From: Octopus vulgaris
Taxonomy: Eukaryota
Length of the DNA stretch: 64,000 nt
Reading direction: 5' to 3'
Assembly (NCBI GenBank): GCA_951406725.2
Contig: OX597829.1
Location: 38,130,001-38,194,000 of the forward strand
Of this stretch, positions 55,379 through 64,000 are shown piece after piece (the first letter of the stretch is position 1; the number at the start of each line of letters is the position of its first letter). The position numbers and the translations under genes are program-made. The notes under the pieces were generated by a model, which had not been told where the DNA came from, made no database searches, and saw nothing but the letters and a program-made list of their open reading frames with translations.

Positions 55379-56925
55379 AACAATTGCTTCCATCGCGTGT
55401 TACGGTTAGTTATATATATCTATTATCAAAAATCTATTGTTGTTGAATTACTCTTGATTTTTGTTGCAGGTTTTCCCTTTTGGGACTACCTTTGCTGATA
55501 AATCGTTTAAGAACTGTTTGTGCCTTACGACACATTGCTGGCCTTTACAGGCTTATTCACTGTTGTTTCCCCCCGTTTAGTGGCGAATTATTTACATTTT
55601 GTGTAGGGTGTGCCTACACAAAATGGAAGACGATATGTTTTGCGAGCCCTGGGAGTGCAACGGAGACTACACCAGCGATTCAGGAGAGAGCACTGGAGGA
55701 TATGCGGCCGCGGCAGGCAGACATTTGAAACGCTATAACCTGAAGCCGGAAGCTGTAAAGACATTTTAAACAATGTTTCGGGAGGAGTGAGCTTAAGTAA
55801 GATTAACTCCCCCAAAGGGGGTAACGGAGGAAATGAAGAGGAAAACGGTGTTTACAGGACGCTATCACTGAAGACTAAAAATATAGAGATAGCGTCCATA
55901 GAAGAGATAGAGTAGGCATTGAAGCCTATTATGAACAAACTAGCATTTGTGAGACGTGGAAGGAAATACGGTACTGTGGAAGCTCAGTTTATAGCCGAGA
56001 ATGATGCCAGGGTCGACTCAGAAATCAGCCTGAAGATCAAAGAATTGGTTCTTTTGCCGACATATCTCGGCAAAAGAACAACAAAAATAACTGTAGATTG
56101 ATTTGCAGCGGAAATTAAACCAACACGGTTCCTGGCAGCCGCCTTCGCAAACATAAAACAGGAAGTTAGGAGTTTGAGGACAGAAGTGTCCAGAACTGGT
56201 CTGGAAAGAGCTTATGAGTAACGATTCAGGCCACACCAGCGGACATTGACGATACGCCGGAATTCGTCATTCTTCCGAGTGAAACGGAATTGAAAGTCAC
56301 CGTACAGAGCAGAATTCCAAAGTGATTCGGGTGAGGACAGAAAGGGCATATAAGAAAGACGTGCCTCAGGCCCTACAACCTGAAGCAAAAGGAGAAAGTC
56401 AGAGGGGGGGGCAGTATGCAGTAGAAGAGAGTTGAAGAGAAGGTCACAGGTTGAAGAAGAAGCGGGAGGTGATGGAGGAGAGAGAGATGGTTACGAACAA
56501 TGGAAGACACACCCTTAACATCAACGTCTATAGAGGTAAGTAACAGGAATGGAAAGATGCTCGGAGGAAGAGAAAGAAGAAAAACGCTCGTTCTCTCCCT
56601 CCCACAAGCAAAAAAAAAAAAAGCTTAAAGACACAAGAATATACAAACACGAACACACAAGAACAAATAACACCAGGGACAAATGAAAACACTAAAAAAG
56701 AAAAGATAAGCTAAAAACCGTAGTGACTTCACAAACAACACTAAGCAAAGTAAAAAAAGAAATAATCTTTTGAAAATTTATGTTCGTTTTAAAAATGTTC
56801 AATGAATTTACCTGGGCCGCGGGGCCCGGGTAACCATCATTTCATCTTTCTTATTATATATTCATTTTTCATTCGATTTTTACCCCACTTTGTAATATCC
56901 TGTACTGTCCCATCTTTGTTTAGTC

Positions 56926-59634
56926 TGTAGTGATACTATAACGGCGCGCGCGCGCGCACCGTCCATTTTCTATTTCGCGCGTGCTGGTGCCTTCACCAAG
57001 GCACAGAAAGGAAGGGCCCTCTCGCGCATGCGCGAACCACCGGAAGCACGACCCTGGCCAAGGCAGGGGGATCGTAGAGCGTTTGACCGCTAGCAGCAGC
57101 AGCGGCGACTTGGGACGGCAGCGATTGAACGCGACGGTCACGCATATTTTCTCTCCGTTCGAACTTGCTTCTAGCAGTCCTTACCAAAGGCCTTTAACCA
57201 AATTGTTGCAGACCAACATCGTCTCCATTGTTCGACGCCATCTTGAATCCGTTTCTGTTTTTGGCGGCTGAACTTTGTAAATATTACAATCGATTAACTT
57301 TCAGCCTTGCGCGCCCAGAACCAAGGACATCAGATAACACACTTATTGTTACTGTTACCAAGAAAGAGAATAAAGTAGTATATATATATTTTACGTCTGC
57401 GTCTTGTTGTTTCTGACTGGTAGAATTCTGGATTATTAAAGCAACGGCTAGTGATTGCTTTCTTGTACCCCGAAAGTACAAGAGAAGACACTCACACATC
57501 AAGCTCGTTACACTGGTGACCCCGACGTGATTCTGGTTTAAAACCAGAGATCACTTATCAACAAAGAAATCCAGTTTTTCTGCGAAGTCGGAACACGATT
57601 TAACTCTACGCATTCATCTTTCGACGACTTGTTTCCGGCCACCACAAACAGTTGTAGAAGGAGCCTTACTTATTCTACAGCCATGATGACGGACGCCATC
57701 ATATATTCGACCCTTTTCTCCACCTTCGTCATCATCATCGTCGTCTTTCTACTTCACGTCGTCGTTGTCTTCGTCGCTATCATCACTACGAACGATGTTG
57801 TCCCAAGTCCACTACAGTCGCCACCACCACCGTCGCCTTTCAACACCGTCGACCTCCAGCAAGATGTACATAGCAACTCGCGGAAGTTTGGTCCACTTGC
57901 CGTTTGTGCATTAGCACACCAAGAATTCACAGCCCAGCACTATCTACGAGATTCTTCTGTTCCAGTTAACATGTCACAGCATCGAAGCTACAACCGCTAC
58001 ACATTGTGTTCAACAGGCATCTGCATTTTGTGATTTCAACATTTCTGTTACAGAACGAACTGCTATTGTGCTTCAGGCTATTACAGACTGGTAAATTAAT
58101 TCTTGTCTGGAATGGCCTTGAGAGACATTTTTTCTATGCGCTGTATTTTTTGTATTTTGCTCGCATTCACCTTGTATGTATTTCTGTCGCACACACGTAC
58201 ACACACATAAATGCTCTCTCTCACATACATACGTCACACATGCTTTTCTCGCTTGTTTGTTCCATGCTAAATTTGCTTTTTGTGGACACCCCTCATTTCT
58301 ATAGACCCTAGGTCGGTCACGTACACATAGAGAGGGTTGTTTGTCCATTATAACGCGCCAGCATGTCATACTTTTGTTCCTGTGCGAACGAGGCATATAA
58401 TCGCTCAACCACTGGCATATTCTTGCTGTTTTTCGGACTGGCAAGCACTATTGCATTTCATGCGCCTTGCTTCGCATCGTGTATTGCCTTGTTTTTTGCA
58501 ACACGTTTGCGCTAGCTTAATTCTTTTCCCGACTCATAGGACGTCGGATGTTCACATGCGCTGCGCCATGTTTAGGCGTAATTATTTTTCCCTGTTAGAC
58601 CACTGTTGGTCACGTAATTAACAGAAAATTATCTGTGTCGCGCATCACACCAGCATGTTTGCACTTTTGCCTTTTGTGTTACTAGCGAGCTTCTGTCAAT
58701 TCCATTTCCTCTCCTGCAGCAATTGATTTAACTGCTATTTTGCAGGATCAACCACCTTTGGAGAAGTTGGATTTAATTTTCGCCTAGGTTCATTAACTGT
58801 GAGTTTTGCTTTCCCTCCGCTTCCTACAGCGGAAGGCTCTATACTTTGTGACGTATACACTTTCATGCATGCACTCTTGATTTTTGCTCATTGAGTATTT
58901 TTTCTCTTTTTCCTTTAGTAAATTTCTTGTGTATGTTATAAATTTTGCCATTGTATTATTGTGTGCTATTTGGTTATCTGGTGTCCACCTTGAGTTTTGC
59001 AGTCACTACAATAAGTTTCCTTTCGTGCGTACGCACTGGAGGGGAGCCTTGTAGTGATACTATAACGGCGCGCGCGCGCACCGTCCATTTTCTATTTCGC
59101 GCGTGTTGGTGCCTTCACCAAGGCACAGAAAGGAAGGGCCCTCTCGCGCATGCGCGAACCACCGGAAGCACGACCCTGGCCAAGGCAGGGGGATCGTAGA
59201 GCGTTTGACCGCTAGCAGCAGCAGCGGCGACTTGGGACGGCAGCGATTGAACGCGACGGTCACGCATATTTTCTCTCCGTTCGAACTTGCTTCTAGCAGT
59301 CCTTACCAAAGGCCTTTAACCAAATTGTTGCAGACCAACATCGTCTCCATTGTTCGACGCCATCTTGAATCCGTTTCTGTTTTTGGCGGCTGAACTTTGT
59401 AAATATTACAATCGATTAACTTTCAGCCTTGCGCGCCCAGAACCAAGGACATCAGATAACACACTTATTGTTACTGTTACCAAGAAAGAGAATAAAGTAG
59501 TATATATATATTTTACGTCTGCGTCTTGTTGTTTCTGACTGGTAGAATTCTGGATTATTAAAGCAACGGCTAGTGATTGCTTTCTTGTACCCCGAAAGTA
59601 CAAGAGAAGACACTCACACATCAAGCGCGTTACA
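56926..59634 (+). mobile_element. Young non-autonomous LTR retrotransposon (2.7 kb)
   Basis: TGTA...TACA LTRs at 56926-57512 and 59050-59634, 4-bp TSD AGTC, PBS at 57514-57532, polypurine tract GGAGGGGAG at 59038-59046. No gag/pol motifs seen inside. Confidence 0.97.
57514..57532 (+). promoter_or_regulatory. Primer-binding site complementary to the tRNA-Trp 3' end
   Basis: TGGTGACCCCGACGTGATT is the reverse complement of the metazoan tRNA-Trp end AATCACGTCGGGGTCA-CCA. It begins 1 nt after the 5' LTR. Confidence 0.9.
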
Positions 59635-60279
59635 AGTCCCTTTGTGGGCAATCAACAATTGTGGGAATCAACAATTGATTCCATCGCTACAGGATCATGG
59701 TTAACGTTGTTACCCCTTCTCATATGTTCTGCTGTTGGTTGTCCTTCCACTACGGCGAGATAGAAATTTGCAGTTTACGGTTATTTGATCCGTTCTTATA
59801 CATGTGCTTATGAAAGAAGCAAATTACAAAACATGACAATGTTAAAATTGACTTGTTTGATATATACTCTATAGGAATCTGTTAAAATAGATTGAGAGAC
59901 ACATAAATCAGTAACACTCAATCCCATATAGTCAAGAAGATAAATGAAAAATAAAACGGTAAAACCGTAAAAATATGAAACGAAAAGGGAAAATACACAG
60001 AGATCCTTGGAACGAGTGGGTTAATAAATAGAATACAATTATATTTTAACATGAAGTATTAAATAAAAACTCAGGGGATAGGCGTCGATTTTCATACTTC
60101 ATTTTGAACTATCTTATGTGATGATTTAGTGTTTTGGACATCAAAAGGCAAAAATTGAGGATGAAAACATTTATTTTATAAAAATGTTTTTGTATAGAAA
60201 ACTCTTACAAAGAGATTAACGTGAAAAATGTCTTAACTATTAAAAATATTTCAATCAATTTGATATTTTATTTCGTGAA

Positions 60280-61190
60280 GCAGGAGTTGTTGATAGTTTG
60301 TTGTCACTTAAATTTGATTAGGAGTTTATAACAAAGAAAAGGCTTTCTCTCTGCTTTGATTGAAATGGTCCCAAGGTTACACAATTGTTTATGCCAGGTG
60401 ACACTTCTGTTTGCAGTAATTTAATATATATATTCCTTAACGATGTCCTTTTTAATCTCTGTAGTATAGACATTTCCTTTTGGGGGAAGTGGGTGCTTCA
60501 ATTATCATGGGTTTGGAATCGGAATATGTAAGTTTTTTTTTGATAAAGAGATTCACTTTCTTTTATGCAAATTCTCTGATATTTTGCAACTTTGTTTCCG
60601 ATGACGCAATTAGAATTGAGTCGAATGCAACCAAAATTAAAAAGTGTTATTTAAATACTTTATCAATCCTTTGCTGTTTAATTATTTTCTTGACACTCTC
60701 AGTAAAATTGACAATGGAGTATTTTGATGATTCAATTTTATTTTAAACAAAAACAAATCTTTTTTTCTATCGTGACAAATGTTGCATCCCTTAAATGTAG
60801 ATTTTCAACTTCACTGTAATTGGTTCTAATGCTGAAACTGTATAAATAGCATTAAATCCATTATTTTAAAAGTCGAGTGGATGCTTTTATATTGATTATA
60901 ACAGCTTTTAAGGAAAATGAATAGTTCTAAGATTGCAAATAAACTACGCTATCTGGCCACTGATTAATTGCAGTTCAGGAAAATAATCCTCTTCAACATG
61001 TTCCCGCAATATTCATTTTTTAAATATTTTTTCTTTACTGAGGACTTACGAAATGAAACGTTAATTGTTCTCATTTTCTCTTCTACAGCGAAACTGTCTT
61101 CTGCAATAGGAACTATTTTCTTTGTGTTCAGTTTGCTGCAGATCGCCAGAAATCACTAACCACATTCATAACTGCAGAATCTTCTTTTTG
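60280..61190 (-). mobile_element. Decayed hAT-superfamily transposase
   Basis: Ordered remnants FRKSSVK, FAILELF.FLKSC, ALEPI, RDATFVT and a SIKAER..AFS-like dimerisation motif. Many stops. Confidence 0.55.
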
Positions 61191-61524
61191 ACCCTAACCC
61201 TCGAATGTCGTTTTTGTTGGAAAGAGCCATTAGTAAAATTAGTTAATTATTATTATTATTTTATTTTTGTTTTTTTCGTAAAGAACATTACAAACAGCCA
61301 AATGAAGTCTAGTCGCAGTTAGTATCCTAACTAAATTGAACCATGATTCCTTGTTACATCAGTTACGACTGCGGTTATATATTTGTTTCCAAACGACGTT
61401 TGAATTCAGCAAGTGCTGCTCGTAAATGTTCCATAATTTTTTCAGTAAGTAAACTTATAAAAATTCTGCTCATTCTTAAGTTCCAGAATATTTCGGATAA
61501 TCTGCTTTATCTTTTATCTTTCAA

Positions 61525-61767
61525 GGTACCGCCTTGGGAGGTTATTAGTCGAAAAGATCAACCTCAGTACTTATTTTTTAAAGTTTGGTTCTTATTCTAC
61601 CAGTCCCAGTTGCCGAACTGCTAAGTTATAGGGACGTATTCACAAGGCTTTCGTCGGCCTGAGACTATAGTCGAAGACACTTGCCCAATGTGCCGTACTG
61701 TGGGACTAAACCCAGAACCACGTGGCTGGGAAGGTAACTTCTTACTACAAATTCACGCCTGTGCCTA
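61525..61767 (-). mobile_element. SINE S2 copy, internally deleted
   Basis: GAAGACACTTGCCCAATGTGCC...GTGGGACTAAACCCAGAACCACGTGG head plus tail similarity to 63845-64000. Confidence 0.7.
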
Positions 61768-62759
61768 TAAATATACACTTACCTTTAAATACCTACGATT
61801 ACACATAAATGTATATCTATCTAAAGAAATTTTGAATTTTTCGTTGTTTCTTTTTTTACCTACCTTACTCATTACAATTTTTTTCTAATCAAACTGACAT
61901 TAGATATCCTGCTCCTCCTCCTGCTCCTCCTGCTCCTCCTCCTGCTCCTCCTCCTCCATCTTCTGCTGCTCCTCCTCCTCCTCCTCCTCCTCCTCCATCT
62001 CCTCCTCTTCATCCTCTATCTCCTTCTCTTTCCTCTTCCTCATCCTCCTCTTCCTCTATCTCCTCCTCCATCTCCTCCTCTTCATCCTCCATCTGCTTCT
62101 CTTTCCTCTTCCTTCTCCTTCCTCCCCCTGAATAATAATAGTTTTTCGGTGATAGCAAACTCTTATCTGCAATAGGTTCCTTAATACAAGCATCTTTATC
62201 TATTTCAATCATGGAAAATTCATCACTACTTCTCTGAATTGTAATTTACCTATAGTTTCAGTTTTTCCCATTAAAATTATTTTCTATAGATTGACATATA
62301 CATATACATATACATATACATACATTGAAACAAACATGAAAAAGTTTGCACCGTCATAAAGTTCAGATGTTCTGATAATATGAACATCTCTTTAAAAATC
62401 AAAGGAAAAGAGGAAACTATGGACAATTCCTTCGAAACCTCCATCTTCTATACCTAGATTATAAATTCACATTATATCAATAATAATTGGTGCAATTTGT
62501 TTTGTGAGTAAATGCCTAAATAATAATCTGGAGAAGGTAGGGTTTTCAGAAAAGGAAACGGACCAATTAACTAGCACATTATAAATACAATCGGTAAGTG
62601 GAACAGTAAAGATATGCAAGACTTTCCCCAGGTTTAAAATGTAATATTGTTTTTGTTATCTACATTCGAGAGATGGAGTTTTGTATCTTTGTTAGAAATC
62701 AGCTCCTTCTTCAGAGGAAGAATTCAAATAATCAATAACAGAAGAGAACGTACGCACAC

Positions 62760-62872
<113 letters not shown>

Positions 62873-62900
62873 TACGTACACATACACATACATACATACA

Positions 62901-62934
<34 letters not shown>

Positions 62935-63018
62935 CTGTTGTTCGATATATACGTATACATAAATATACAAATACACATATGTTTGAGCGGAAGTGTGATT
63001 GAGTGTTGAGTGTGACAC

Positions 63019-63050
<32 letters not shown>

Positions 63051-63840
63051 AACGCGTGTGAATTGTTGAGTGTCTTTTATTCTTGTTAAGTCAATATGTG
63101 CAAAAGATGTCAATTTTATGCTTTTAAGTTAAACTGATAAGTAATTCGTAATTAAGCTAATTAATTGACATTAAGCAATTACATTAGCAGCTTTAATCTC
63201 AGTGCCGACGTGGATAGAGATTATAAGAACGAACAAGAAAGTTATATCATGTATCTTTAAATGTGATTCTAGTCCTAATTAGAATTATCAATGGCATTGT
63301 TATTGCTTCTTGAAAATCATTTTCTCAGCGATTAAATTATTCTGAGAAATTATTCTGAGATGCTTTTTGGATGAAAAATAACAAAGTTAAGGATAAAATA
63401 TTTAAGCTAGTAAACATTTGAAAGCTGATTAGAATTAATGAAAAATTCTAATGATTAATAAATGAATGTAAAAAAATTTGTAAGTCTTAATAAATGTAAT
63501 ATTTTCAATAATTATGTGTTTGCGGGAAAGACTGTTTTAACCAACGAATTATTTTAATTATTCTTAAACGTACAGCAAATAGCTCCTGTCAGGTTGATGC
63601 AGATCTTCTTAGCAAAAGCAAAGTTTTGTTTACCGAAGTGATAATAAGAGAATCATGAAATAAATGTCCAATAATATACATTGGATATATATATTTTTCA
63701 TGCCAACAACAAGCAGCTGACATGGAAAATTTTGATATTTTAGGTAATATATTACTCAGTGAAATTAAAAATTTAATTTTTAAAAATATTTTCTTCGCGA
63801 TTCGTTGAAACCATACGAGCAACATATCTCGTAAGTAACT

Positions 63841-64000
63841 CTTTTTACTCTTTTACTTGTTTCAGTCATTTGACTGTGGCCATGCTGGAGCATCGCCTTT
63901 AGTCGAGCACATCGACAACAGGACTTATTCTTTGTAAGCCTAGTACTTATTCTATCGGTCTCTTTTGCCGAACCGCTAAGTTTCGGTGACGTAAACACAC
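63841..64000 (-). mobile_element. SINE S2 3' part, running off the window
   Basis: TTTACTTGTTTCAGTCATTTGACTGTGGCCATGCTGGAGC...GCCGAACCGCTAAGTT. Related tails occur at 12095-12175, 31500-31680 and 42540-42665. Confidence 0.8.

Larger units (their letters stand above)
55397..59669 (+). mobile_element. ORF1-only Tx1/L1-derived element, interrupted by an LTR element
   Basis: 18-bp TSD AACAATTG[C/A]TTCCATCGC at 55379-55396 and 59670-59687. Decayed ORF1 with a CX2CX4HX4C knuckle remnant at 56323-56364. No ORF2 seen. The tail is split by the LTR insertion. Confidence 0.7.

Noticed and set aside
56323-56334. Both first Cys codons of the zinc knuckle are TGA (possible selenocysteine UxxU)
   Set aside because: The ORF has other stops and frameshifts and no SECIS was seen; ordinary decay is more likely.
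56920-57502. Duplicated ORFs at 56981/59103 and neighbours, resembling paralogous genes
   Set aside because: They are incidental frames within the two identical LTRs.

Overview
Eukaryotic, AT-rich, intergenic or intronic DNA made almost entirely of microsatellites and transposable-element relics. The repeat families resemble those of coleoid cephalopods (Octopus-like); this is an inference from memory, not a database match. I can support no intact protein-coding gene, and most ORFs in the track are translated microsatellites. Recognisable content: (1) several copies of tRNA-derived SINE families; (2) non-autonomous Helitrons (TC...CTAG, inserted at A|T), including a head-to-tail pair; (3) three copies of a MITE with 8-bp TSDs; (4) decayed LINEs (RTE, CR1-like, Tx1/L1-like, R4/Dong-like), a Penelope-like element (RT plus GIY-YIG), and Tc1, mariner and hAT relics; (5) a very young non-coding LTR element with a tRNA-Trp PBS, nested in an ORF1-only Tx1-like element; (6) a solo LTR; (7) a probable SCLT1 retro-pseudogene. 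The most interesting candidate is a small element present twice. It joins a Pol III B-box fragment to a minimal Penelope-type hammerhead ribozyme tail and carries an inverted copy of that tail, so it may be a Penelope-mobilised SINE or retrozyme-like element. Other minimal hammerhead-like motifs also occur in the window. All calls were made by eye.
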